A DNA stretch of 64,000 bases from Myxococcota bacterium (GTDB lineage Bacteria > Myxococcota_A > UBA9160 > UBA4427). The notes under the pieces were generated by a model. That model did not search any database. It had not been told where the DNA came from and worked only from the letters and a program-made list of their open reading frames with translations. The stretch is from positions 16,075 through 80,074 of the forward strand of contig JAWKRX010000021.1 in NCBI GenBank assembly GCA_041389425.1. Reading direction: 5' to 3'. Positions 8,405 through 17,510 of this stretch are shown one piece after another (position 1 is the first letter of the stretch; each line of letters starts with the position of its first letter). A program made the position numbers and the translations under genes.

Positions 8405-9274
8405 ATGCCGATGCCCCAGAATGCACCGATCGTCGATCTGATGTTGTCCTTCCCGATCCTCGACCTCGAGGCGACCTACGGCAATCTCCGCCGGGCCGCC
8501 AACGACGCGGAGTCGAAGGAGGGATTCAAGTTCCCCGCCCAGTACATGTTCAAGGGCGTGCCCCACGGCTGGGGCGAGGGCCGCGATCCGATCGAGGTCA
8601 CCCTCGAAGAGATGGATAAATGGAGCGTCAAGACGGCGCTCGTCGGCGTCGGACGCCCGGAGGCGGATGCCGCGATCAAGAAGCATCCGGATCGCTTCGT
8701 CGGCAACGTCCACGTCGATCCCAACGACATCATGGGCGCGGTGCGCCGGATCGAGCAGGCCCACAAGGAGCTGAACGTGCGCATGGCGAGCACGTTTCCG
8801 GCGGGCAACGTTCCGCAGATCCCCGTCGACGGCCCGCAGATGTATCCGCTCTACGCCAAATGCGTCGAGCTCGACATCGCCGTCGGCCTCAACATGGGCG
8901 TCCCCGGCCCGCGCGTGCCCATGGATCCCCAGCGCGTCGAGCGCCTCGATCGCATCTGCTACGACTTCCCGGAGCTGCGGCTCGTGACCTTCCACGGATG
9001 CGAGCCGTGGGAGGCGCTGATGGTCAAGCTGATGCTGAAATGGCCCGGCCTCTACTACTGCACGAGCGCCTTCGCCCCCAAGCACTATCCCAAGGCGATC
9101 ATCGACTACGCGAACACGCGCGGCGCCGACAAGGTCCTCTACGCCGGTTATTTCCCGATGGGCCTCTCGCTCGAGCGCATCATGACCGAGATGAAGTCGG
9201 TGCCCTTCCGCGATCACGTCTGGCCGAAGTTCCTCTACGAAAACGCGCGACGGGTGCTGAAGCTCGACGCATGA
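8405..9274 (+). CDS. Amidohydrolase-2 family (ACMSD-like metal-dependent hydrolase/decarboxylase)
   Basis: Start ATG 8405 (MPMPQNAPIVDLMLSFP...). The TIM-barrel amidohydrolase resemblance rests on '...RFVGNVHVDPND...', 'FHGCEPW' and 'VLYAGYFP'. The stop overlaps the next start (ATGA 9271-9274). Confidence 0.8.
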   Translation: MPMPQNAPIVDLMLSFPILDLEATYGNLRRAANDAESKEGFKFPAQYMFKGVPHGWGEGRDPIEVTLEEMDKWSVKTALVGVGRPEADAAIKKHPDRFVGNVHVDPNDIMGAVRRIEQAHKELNVRMASTFPAGNVPQIPVDGPQMYPLYAKCVELDIAVGLNMGVPGPRVPMDPQRVERLDRICYDFPELRLVTFHGCEPWEALMVKLMLKWPGLYYCTSAFAPKHYPKAIIDYANTRGADKVLYAGYFPMGLSLERIMTEMKSVPFRDHVWPKFLYENARRVLKLDA

Positions 9275-10296
9275 CCGGGGCCGCCGGGAGCCCCGGGGCC
9301 ACCGCATCCGGAAGACGGCGCGCAGCGATCGCGGGCGCATTCCTTCCCTGGCTCATCGCGGGCGCGTGCCTCGCCTATGCATTCGAGGTCGTTCCGTTCG
9401 AGGAATGCCTCGCGGCGCTGCGGCAGGTCCGTCTCCCGATCTTCCTGCCCCTCGTCGCCGGCGCCGTACTCGCCTGGTTCGGCCTCGAGTCCGCCACCTT
9501 CGCCTATACGTTTTCGCGCTTCAACGGTCCGCTCTCCTGGCGCGATGCGCGCTCGCTCCGGGCGCTCACCTATCTGCTCACCGTGATCCATTGGCATCTC
9601 GCGAAGGCCGCCATCGTCCTCCGCCTGAACACGGCCCACGGCGTCGGGCTCGTCGCGGCGACCAGCACGCTGCTGCTCTACCAGATGATCGGCGTGCTGG
9701 TTCTCGCGCTCTTCGCGAGCGTGGGCGCGGCGTTCCTGCCGGGGCCGGCGGGACTCGGCTCCGTCGCGCTCGCCTCCCTCGCCGGCGCCGGGCTCGTACT
9801 CGCTGCGTTCGCGGTGATCCGGATCGATCGGCCGCGGATGCGGCTGCTCGACGAGATCCGGGCGCTCTCGCTGCTGCAGGCGCATCGAAAGCTCGAGGTC
9901 CGCGACGTCGCGATCATCGGCGGGCTCAAGCTCGTCTATCAGCTGCTCTTCGTGCTCGTGTACTACTTCGGGCTGCGGGCGTTCGGCCTCTCGCCCGCCT
10001 TCTCCCTCGTCCTGCTCGCGACGCCGATCCTCCAGGCCATCGGCAGCCTCCCGATCGCGCCGGCGGGATTCGGGACCCAGCAGGCGGCGATGCTCTTCCT
10101 GTTCGCGGATCCGTCGGCCGACGGCGCCGACGGTGCAGCGATCCTCGCCTTCGGATTCAGCCTGCCGATCACGACGCTCGCGATCCGCGGACTGATCGGA
10201 CTCGCCTATCTGCCCGATCTCTCGCGCCCCGCCGCGGGCGATGCGAGCGCATCGAGTGCGACCGGCTCGAGCAGCTCGGCGACGACACGCGTATAG
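9271..10296 (+). CDS. Flippase-like polytopic membrane protein (lysyl-phosphatidylglycerol-synthase TM-region / UPF0104-like)
   Basis: 341 aa with about 8 hydrophobic helices and 'PIAPAGFGTQQAAMLFLF'. Family call is by resemblance only. The low-complexity C-terminus overlaps the convergent SGNH gene by 91 nt. Confidence 0.65.
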   Translation: MTGAAGSPGATASGRRRAAIAGAFLPWLIAGACLAYAFEVVPFEECLAALRQVRLPIFLPLVAGAVLAWFGLESATFAYTFSRFNGPLSWRDARSLRALTYLLTVIHWHLAKAAIVLRLNTAHGVGLVAATSTLLLYQMIGVLVLALFASVGAAFLPGPAGLGSVALASLAGAGLVLAAFAVIRIDRPRMRLLDEIRALSLLQAHRKLEVRDVAIIGGLKLVYQLLFVLVYYFGLRAFGLSPAFSLVLLATPILQAIGSLPIAPAGFGTQQAAMLFLFADPSADGADGAAILAFGFSLPITTLAIRGLIGLAYLPDLSRPAAGDASASSATGSSSSATTRV

Positions 10297-11375
10297 AGCG
10301 GGCTCGGATGGCGGTCGCGTGGATGCAGGCGCAGGGCGTCGTCCGGATGCCGCGCCAGCGCGGGGAGTGCGTCGACGACTTCGACGCCCGCGGCCTCCGC
10401 CGAGGCCCGCATCGCGCGGTGGGCCTCGGCAAAGGGCGAGTCCGCGATCTCGAAGGGCAGCGGCAGCAGCAGCAGGACGAAACGCCCGCCGCTGTCGCGC
10501 GTGCGCTCCGCGAGGGCCGCGATCCGCTCGAGCGTCGGCTGCCAGGCGGCGGGTTCATGGAGCGCGCGATACCAGGCGATCGTCGCGTTCGTGACGCTTC
10601 GATCCGCGAAGAAGCGCTTCACCAGATCGACGATCCGGAGCCGGCCGCGCACGCTCTGCCCGATGCGCGTCGAAGTCGGCGACCGTTCGAGCCGGGTCCA
10701 GCCCTCGTCGAGCATGTCGTGGATCGGCGATTCGGGCCGGGGCGCGGCGCCCGGGATCGGATCGTTCATGAAATAGCCGTAGATCAGGAGATCCGGGGCG
10801 AGCTGGCGCAGAGCCCACCGCGCGGACCGTTCGATGCCGGGCAGATCCGTATCGCCGCGGCCCAGGTTCAGGACCTCGACGGAACTCGCGGCGAGACCGG
10901 AACGGGGCGTGCCCCGTTCATGCTCGAACGCGCGCTGCAGACGGGCTTCGAGCAGCCGGGGATAGGCCAGGGCTTCGGGCAGGCCGTGGCCAGCGGTGAA
11001 GCTGTCGCCCACGACGACGACGCGGCGGACGCCGGACCGTTTCGGCCCGATCTTGCGTTCGCGAAAGCCCGAACGGTCGAGCTCGGCGGTGACGGCCCAG
11101 GGTGTCTCGCGCCATCGCTCGCGGAGCTCGTCGGGATTCTCGAGACGCGCCGCGAGACGCTCGCGCAGCGCGTCGTCCGAGAGATCGAGATCGAAGGCAC
11201 CGGTCGGATTCGTGTCGTAGGCCATCAATCGGAAGCCGGGCCCGCGGAACTCCTGGAGGAAGGGCCCGCTCTTCGGCAAGGAGAGCACGCGCAGCCCGAT
11301 CTCGCCGGCGGCGAGACCCACGAGAGCACCGATCGAGACGAGGAGGGCACGCGCGGCGACCGTTCGCGCCCTCAT
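10206..11375 (-). CDS. SGNH/GDSL-family hydrolase with N-terminal membrane anchor
   Basis: Start ATG at 11375 (MRARTVAARALLVSIGALVGLAAG). Block I is 'VVVVGDSFTAGHG' and the block V-like end is 'DRHPSP'. The start overlaps the upstream stop (ATGA 11372-11375). Confidence 0.75.
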   Translation of the reverse strand: MRARTVAARALLVSIGALVGLAAGEIGLRVLSLPKSGPFLQEFRGPGFRLMAYDTNPTGAFDLDLSDDALRERLAARLENPDELRERWRETPWAVTAELDRSGFRERKIGPKRSGVRRVVVVGDSFTAGHGLPEALAYPRLLEARLQRAFEHERGTPRSGLAASSVEVLNLGRGDTDLPGIERSARWALRQLAPDLLIYGYFMNDPIPGAAPRPESPIHDMLDEGWTRLERSPTSTRIGQSVRGRLRIVDLVKRFFADRSVTNATIAWYRALHEPAAWQPTLERIAALAERTRDSGGRFVLLLLPLPFEIADSPFAEAHRAMRASAEAAGVEVVDALPALARHPDDALRLHPRDRHPSPLYTRVVAELLEPVALDALASPAAGRERSGR

Positions 11376-13033
11376 GTCCCCGCCGATTCTTCGAGCGCAG
11401 GTGCGCCCGACCGGGGCGGCCTCTCGCCAGGCGGTGCCGCTCGCACCTCCGTCTCCGGAGCGCTTCTTCGCGTCATGACCCAGAACTGCCCGTACCGCTT
11501 CACCGGCGCGAAACGTCGCTTCAGGAAGCGATCGATCTCCGGGGCGAAGGCCGCGAGCGAGCGGTCCGGCAGGGCGTCGATCGAGACCGGGGAGTACACG
11601 GCGACGCGCGCGGGGGATCGATCGATCTCGTCGATGAATTCCGCAACCTCGGCGTCGGTCGTGAGGTAGCCCGGAAAGAGCCAGTCGAAGCGCGTCGGAT
11701 TGGGGCGATCCGCCAGGAAATAGACGATCGGGTACCACGGCAGCACGACGATCGGCTCGCCGGGCGCGGTGCGCCGGCGCAGATCGGCGATCAGATCGTC
11801 GAGGGCCTGCGATCGCGCGACGAGGGGCCCGCCGGGCATGATCTCGAGCTTGTCTCCTGAATCGCGATGGCGGCGCAGCGCGCGGTCGAATTCGTGGATG
11901 CCGAGCGAGGCGACCAGTGCGAGCAGGACGAGGGGATGGGCGATCCAGGCGGTCCGCGCCGGAGCCCATCGCCGCCAGCCCCGGGCGAGCCAGTCCGCGC
12001 CGAGGACATAGGCGGGGAAGAGGACGGGCGCGAGGTGGTAGTAGTCGGAGCGGCCGGTCGCTCGCAGATAGAGAACGGCGCCGAAGAGCGCGAGCGCGAG
12101 CCGCTCGAGCGTCGCCGGAGCCAGCGGCTCCGCGGATCGCGATCGGCGCCGATGCCACTGTGCGCGGGCGAACTCGAAGAGCGCCGCGAGATAGAGCACG
12201 AGCGGGATCCGGAACTCCCAGCTCACGAACCATCGGCGGATGCCGCGCCGGCTCCACTCGCCGGGCCAGAGCTCGAAGCCCGGCATGGGGAGGTTGAACT
12301 CGCCGCCCTCGAGATACTGGCCGAAGGATGTCCAGAAGACCGCCAGCAGGAGATCGCCGAGCGCACCCTGCATGGCGTAGAAGAAGCCGATCGGAACGAC
12401 GACGGCCGACACCCCGAGCGCGATCCAGGCGAGCTGCCCGAACAGCTTCGAGCCGAGCCCCGAGCGCGCGAGCAGCACCGCGGTTCCCGCGAGCCCGAGT
12501 CCGACCGCCGGCGCGAGCCGGAACGCGAGAGCGAGCGCCGAGAGCACGCCGAGCCCGAACAGCGCACCGCGCCCGATCGAGCCGCGCTCGTCCGCGCGCG
12601 CGAGCAGCAGCAGCGCCGCCATCGGAACGGCGCCGTACAGATGGGCGTAATGACAGCCCTCGAGGATCACGTGCCAGCCGGTCCCCGCCACGAGCGCCGC
12701 GGCGAGCAGCGCGAACGGCGTCTCCATCCAGCGCCGGCTCGCGACGAAGACGATCACGGCGAGAGCCAGCGTCATCGCGACGTGGAAGGCACGCACGACG
12801 AGCAGGCTCACGCCGAAGAGGTCGAAGAGCCAGGCGACGAGCTGGAAGCTCGCCGGGGGATAGACGGTATAGACGTCGCGATAGAGGATCTCGCCGGCGG
12901 CGAGGCGGCGTGCCCCGTTCGCGAGATGGCCTTCGTCGATCAGCCCCACGCCTTCCCGGAACAGCACCGCCTGATAGGCGATCCCGAACCCGAGCAGGAC
13001 GAGCAGGGCCCATCGATCGAATCGGCGCTCCAT
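11372..13033 (-). CDS. GT-C-type polytopic membrane glycosyltransferase (ArnT/PMT-like, tentative)
   Basis: 553 aa. About 10 TM helices in the first 370 aa are followed by a soluble C-terminal domain. The family call rests on architecture and resemblance. Confidence 0.6.
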   Translation of the reverse strand: MERRFDRWALLVLLGFGIAYQAVLFREGVGLIDEGHLANGARRLAAGEILYRDVYTVYPPASFQLVAWLFDLFGVSLLVVRAFHVAMTLALAVIVFVASRRWMETPFALLAAALVAGTGWHVILEGCHYAHLYGAVPMAALLLLARADERGSIGRGALFGLGVLSALALAFRLAPAVGLGLAGTAVLLARSGLGSKLFGQLAWIALGVSAVVVPIGFFYAMQGALGDLLLAVFWTSFGQYLEGGEFNLPMPGFELWPGEWSRRGIRRWFVSWEFRIPLVLYLAALFEFARAQWHRRRSRSAEPLAPATLERLALALFGAVLYLRATGRSDYYHLAPVLFPAYVLGADWLARGWRRWAPARTAWIAHPLVLLALVASLGIHEFDRALRRHRDSGDKLEIMPGGPLVARSQALDDLIADLRRRTAPGEPIVVLPWYPIVYFLADRPNPTRFDWLFPGYLTTDAEVAEFIDEIDRSPARVAVYSPVSIDALPDRSLAAFAPEIDRFLKRRFAPVKRYGQFWVMTRRSAPETEVRAAPPGERPPRSGAPALEESAGT

Positions 13034-13170
13034 CGACCTCCCCGGCGTCGCGATCGCGTCGACCCATCCCTCCGCCGGGCGACTCGCCGCCCGATACTAA
13101 CCCAGCCCGTCGTGCCTCCTCGGGCTGAAATGCTCACGATCCACGATCGGATCGGGCTATCGTCGCCGCG

Positions 13171-15039
13171 ATGCCCGCGACCGAACCGGCAACGAGCCTT
13201 CCGCGCGCGCCCGCCGAGCCGATCGCGCCGGGTCGCCGTCGGGTCCTCTTCGGCGCGATCTTCCTCGTCGCCCTCGCCCTGCGCGTCGCCTACGTCTTCG
13301 AGGTCTGGCCGCATCCGGCGGCGCGGCTTCCCATCCTCGACGCGGAGGCCTATCGACGGATCGCCCTCGGAATCCGCGCCGGGGACTGGCTCGGCGATTC
13401 GGTCTACTACCTCGATCCGCTCTATCCCTTCTTCCTGGCCGCGATCTACGGCTTCGTCGAGCCCGACTCCCGCGGCGTACTCCTCGTTCAGGCGCTGCTC
13501 GATTCGCTCTCGGTCCTGATCCTGATGGGCCTCACCCGGCGGATCTTCGGGGATCCCGCCGCGCTCGCGGCCGGCGGGATCGCGGCGCTCTATTCGCTCT
13601 TCTTCTTCTACGACGGCCTCCTCCAGAAGGAGGCGCTGATGATCTTCCTCACTTCGTCGGCGCTGCTGCTCTGCCTGCGGGCCGCGGAGCGCGATGGCGC
13701 GCTCGCCTGGCTGCCGGCGGGTGGGCTGATCGGCCTCGCGGCGCTGACGCGCGGCAACTCGCTTCTCTTCGTGCCGGCGCTGCTGCTCTGGATCGCCGTC
13801 GCCGGCAACGGGCCGTTCGCGCGGCGGGCACTCGCCGGATTCTGTCTGGCGCTCGGTGTCGCGACGATCCTCGTACCGGTCGGCCTGCGCAACCGGATCG
13901 TCGGCGGCGATTTCGTGCTGCTGAACAGCCAGGCCGGCCAGAACTTCTACATCGGGAACTTCCGGGGGAATGCGACCGGCGCCTATCTCGCGCCGCCCTT
14001 CCTGCGGCCGAATCCGGAGGTCGAAGAGCAGGACTTCGCGGCGGAAGCCCGCCGACGGACCGGCCGCGACGATCTCCGCCCCTCCGAGATCTCGAATTTC
14101 TGGCTGCGCGAGGGCCTCGGCGAGATCGCCGCCGACCCGGCGCATTTCGTCCGCCACCTCGGCCGCAAGCTCCTCGTCTTCGCCAATCGCTACGAGATCC
14201 CCGACAACGCCAGCTTCGAATACTTCCAGCAGGACGTGTCGCGGATGCTGAGGCTGCCGTTCCCGGGCTGGGGCGTCGTCCTTCCCCTCGCCGCCGCAGG
14301 CGCGTGGATGGCGCGCGCCCGCCGTTTCGCCTGGATCCCGATGCTCTATTTCGCGAGCTACACCGCGGGCATCCTGCTCTTCTTCAACCTCTCGCGGATG
14401 CGCCTGCCGGTCGTTCCGGTGGCGATCGCGTTCGCCGGGTTCGCCGTCGTCGAGCTCTTCGAGCGCTGTCGCACGCGGCGGCTGCGGAGCGTCGCGATCC
14501 CCGTCCTGCTGCTCCTCGCCCTCGCCGCCACGGCGCGCATCGAGCTGCCGCACCAGCCGCTCAACATCCGCTACTTCAATCTCGGATCCGCGTTCCTGCG
14601 CCGAAGCGAAGCCGCCTGGAGCGAAGGGCTCGCCCTCCGCGAAGCGGGCGACGAGACCGGCGCACGCGCGGCCTTCGATCGGGCCCTCGAGGAGAGGAGC
14701 CACGCCGAGCACGAGTTCGTCCGCGGGCTCGAGGCCCATCCGGATTTCGAGCGTCTGCGCTCCGCGCTGCGGGTCTCGCTGCGCAATCGGGTCGTCGCGC
14801 TCGAATTCCTCGAGGAGGACCGGGCCGCGCTCGATGCTGCGCTCGAGCTGACGCGCCGATTCGATCGCTTCCCGCCGGGCTTCGTCGAGCTCGGCCAGGC
14901 GTGGGAACGTCTCGAACGCCCGCAGCTCGCCGCGGCTGCCTTCGAGCGTGCGCTGCGGCTGGCACCCGGAAATGCGGAGGCCGCCGCCGGGCTCGCCCGC
15001 GCGAAAACGGCGCTGGAGTCCGGTCCTCCGAAGGATTAA
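13171..15039 (+). CDS. GT-C-type membrane glycosyltransferase (family 39/ArnT-like) with C-terminal TPR-like region
   Basis: 622 aa. The N-terminus 'RVLFGAIFLVALALRVAYVFE...DAEAYRRIALGI' resembles ArnT/PMT_2 proteins. It has multiple TM helices. The C-terminal 150 aa is helical-repeat like ('AFERALRLAPGNAEAAAGLA'). Confidence 0.7.
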   Translation: MPATEPATSLPRAPAEPIAPGRRRVLFGAIFLVALALRVAYVFEVWPHPAARLPILDAEAYRRIALGIRAGDWLGDSVYYLDPLYPFFLAAIYGFVEPDSRGVLLVQALLDSLSVLILMGLTRRIFGDPAALAAGGIAALYSLFFFYDGLLQKEALMIFLTSSALLLCLRAAERDGALAWLPAGGLIGLAALTRGNSLLFVPALLLWIAVAGNGPFARRALAGFCLALGVATILVPVGLRNRIVGGDFVLLNSQAGQNFYIGNFRGNATGAYLAPPFLRPNPEVEEQDFAAEARRRTGRDDLRPSEISNFWLREGLGEIAADPAHFVRHLGRKLLVFANRYEIPDNASFEYFQQDVSRMLRLPFPGWGVVLPLAAAGAWMARARRFAWIPMLYFASYTAGILLFFNLSRMRLPVVPVAIAFAGFAVVELFERCRTRRLRSVAIPVLLLLALAATARIELPHQPLNIRYFNLGSAFLRRSEAAWSEGLALREAGDETGARAAFDRALEERSHAEHEFVRGLEAHPDFERLRSALRVSLRNRVVALEFLEEDRAALDAALELTRRFDRFPPGFVELGQAWERLERPQLAAAAFERALRLAPGNAEAAAGLARAKTALESGPPKD

Positions 15040-15113
15040 CGTCGATCCGATCCCGGACGTCTCCGAACGCGAAGGCGCCCCTGCCCTCTCAGCGACTCGA
15101 AGGAATCAGTGCC

Positions 15114-16007
15114 ATGAAGCTCGGATACATCCCCCCCATGACGAAGGGCCTGACCCTCGATCGCGATTACGTGATCCGCCTCGCCGAGATGCTCGAGAGC
15201 CAGGGCGTCGAATCGCTCTGGACGGTCGAGCACGTCGTCATGGCCCGGAACTACGATCCGCTCTACCCCTACTCGAAGGACGGCATGGCGCCGACTGCGC
15301 CCGACACGCTCATGCCCGATCCCCTCGAATGGCATGCCTTCGTCGCCGCACGGACCGACCGCATCCTTCTCGGCACCTCCGTCGTCATCGCCTCGCAGCA
15401 CAGCGCCGCGATCCTCGCCAAACGTGTCGCGACGCTCGATGCGCTCTCGGGCGGCCGCCTCCGGCTCGGTGTCGGCATCGGCTGGCAGCGCGAGGAGTAC
15501 GAAGCGGTCGGCGTTCCCTATCGCGACCGGGGCCGAAGGCTCGACGAGACCATCGAGGCCATGCGCATCCTCTGGCGCGACGAATGGGCGACCTATCACG
15601 GCAAGCACGTGAACTTCGAGAACGTCCACATGGACACGAAGCCCTTCCATCCGGAGGGCGTCCCGATCCTGATCGGCGGGAGCACCGACGTCGCCGCCCG
15701 CCGCGCCGGCCGCCTCGGCGACGGCTGGTATCCCTACGTGATCTCGCCCGAGGATTTCGGGACGGGCGTCGAGACGATCCGCGAGGTCGCGAAGGCCGCG
15801 GGACGCGATCCGAGCCGGATCGAGATCACGGTCTGGCCCGCGAGCTTCGATTTCACGAAGACCTTCGATCTGCCGTTCGTGAAGAGCTACGTCGACCGCG
15901 GCGCCGAGCGCCTCGTCGTCAGCCAGGGCGAATCGATGACGACCGACATCCAGGGACAGCGGGATTTCGTCCGCCGCTATCAGGATCAGGTCGTCGCGAA
16001 GCTGTAG
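15114..16007 (+). CDS. LLM-class (luciferase-like) flavin/F420-dependent oxidoreductase
   Basis: Start ATG 15114 (MKLGYIPPMTKGL...). Supporting segments are 'ESLWTVEHVV', 'LGTSVVIASQH' and 'SGGRLRLGVGIGWQREEYEAVGVPYRDRGRRLDETIEAMRILW'. Confidence 0.85.
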   Translation: MKLGYIPPMTKGLTLDRDYVIRLAEMLESQGVESLWTVEHVVMARNYDPLYPYSKDGMAPTAPDTLMPDPLEWHAFVAARTDRILLGTSVVIASQHSAAILAKRVATLDALSGGRLRLGVGIGWQREEYEAVGVPYRDRGRRLDETIEAMRILWRDEWATYHGKHVNFENVHMDTKPFHPEGVPILIGGSTDVAARRAGRLGDGWYPYVISPEDFGTGVETIREVAKAAGRDPSRIEITVWPASFDFTKTFDLPFVKSYVDRGAERLVVSQGESMTTDIQGQRDFVRRYQDQVVAKL

Positions 16008-16050
16008 CCGGCGCGGGCGGGCGGGCGGGCGGCCCATCGATCTCCCGCGC

Positions 16051-17472
16051 TCAGCGAAGGAGCGCGCGGACCTCCGCTTCGACGACGGTCCCGTCGAAGA
16101 AGTCCGGATCCGCTTCCGCCCACATCGTCGCCGCGTTCTCGAAGACGAACTCGCGGAAGTCCTCTTCCTCGATGAGCCCGTCGTCGACGAGCTCCCAGGC
16201 CTCGGCGACCGTCTCGCTCATGTCGGTCACGTCCCAATGGCCGATGTCGGAGCTGAAGATCGCCCGCATGCGGGCTCCGAGCGGCAGGATGCCGCGATCG
16301 AAGCCGACGGCGTTCATCGGGTCGTCGGCCTCGCAGCCGAAGCGGAAGTTGCGCTCGAAGATCGCTTTGACGTCCGAAGCCTTCTCGATGCCCGTGCCCG
16401 CGAAGTCGTCGCGGAAGAGCCCGGGCCCGGAGAGATGGAGCAGGCCGGCCTCGAATTCGTCGAGGTGCTTCTTGAAGCGCTCGGAGCCGTGGCTCTCGAA
16501 GAGCTGGCGGATCCGCTTGCGATCCATCGAATCGGGATCGTAGGCGTGGATGCCCGGCAGGCCGCGCTTTTCGAAATGGCCGATCAGATCCGAATAGAGG
16601 TTCGAGGCCCAGCCGACGCCGCCTTCGAGGAAGCCGCAGCGCAGCTCCGGGAAACGATGGGGCACGCCGTGCATCACCATCTGCCGGCAGGTCGCCTCGC
16701 CGGCCGCCGCGAAGTTCCCGATGTGGTTGAAGACGTAGTTCGAGGGCGATAGCCGGCTGCCGAAGCCCATCGCGCTGGAATGGAAGTTCGGCGCGACCCC
16801 GAGCTCGACGCATTTCGCCCAGACCGGATCGTAGTCGTACGGGCTCTCCGGCCCGAAGGCATCGACCCAGCGGGCGCCGCGCACCTGGTCCCGGCCGAGC
16901 GGCCGGTAGACCAGACCGTTCAGCAGCACGACCTTGAGCCCGAGGACGTTCCGGCAATGCTCGAGCTCGGCGATCGCCTCCTCCGGGTCGTACATCGGGA
17001 TCATCGCGGCGGGCGTCATGCGATCCGCGAAGGGCGCGAACATCTCCGCCGCGCAGCGGTTGAAGGCGCGGATCGAGGCGTTCCGGAGCTCCTTCTGATC
17101 GAGGCTCATCGCGGTGAGCCCCATCGTCGGGTAGAGGACGCAGTAGTCGATGCCGAACTCGTCGAGGCGTTCGTAGAGCAGCTTCGGGAGCATCCCCGTC
17201 GCGCGATCGAGCGAGTTCTTCGCGGGATAGGGCCACCAGGTCAGCTTGAAGACCCCGAGCGCCCGCTGCTCGTCGAGGGGGAGCGACTCGAGCCGGCGGC
17301 CCGCTTCGACGACGGCGTCGAACTCCTCGGCGAGCTTGCGCCCGCCCTCCTCGACGAGGAAGTCGCGCACGGCGGGCAGGAACTCGATGATGTGGCCGTC
17401 GGCGTCGATCACCGGGTGATCGAGCCGCGCGCGGACCGCGCGCGAGCTCGCGGAATCGCCCTGGGACATCAT
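16051..17472 (-). CDS. Amidohydrolase-2 family protein (second paralog)
   Basis: Start ATG at 17472 (MMSQGDS...RLDHPVIDADGHIIEF). Supporting segments are 'YPTMG', 'APNFHSSAMG' and 'FSSDIGHWD'. The C-terminal 473 aa of track ORF 16051..18873. Confidence 0.85.
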   Translation of the reverse strand: MMSQGDSASSRAVRARLDHPVIDADGHIIEFLPAVRDFLVEEGGRKLAEEFDAVVEAGRRLESLPLDEQRALGVFKLTWWPYPAKNSLDRATGMLPKLLYERLDEFGIDYCVLYPTMGLTAMSLDQKELRNASIRAFNRCAAEMFAPFADRMTPAAMIPMYDPEEAIAELEHCRNVLGLKVVLLNGLVYRPLGRDQVRGARWVDAFGPESPYDYDPVWAKCVELGVAPNFHSSAMGFGSRLSPSNYVFNHIGNFAAAGEATCRQMVMHGVPHRFPELRCGFLEGGVGWASNLYSDLIGHFEKRGLPGIHAYDPDSMDRKRIRQLFESHGSERFKKHLDEFEAGLLHLSGPGLFRDDFAGTGIEKASDVKAIFERNFRFGCEADDPMNAVGFDRGILPLGARMRAIFSSDIGHWDVTDMSETVAEAWELVDDGLIEEEDFREFVFENAATMWAEADPDFFDGTVVEAEVRALLR

Positions 17473-17510
17473 CGCCTCCTTCCCGCCGGGCCTCCCGCCC
17501 GGCCTCTCGC

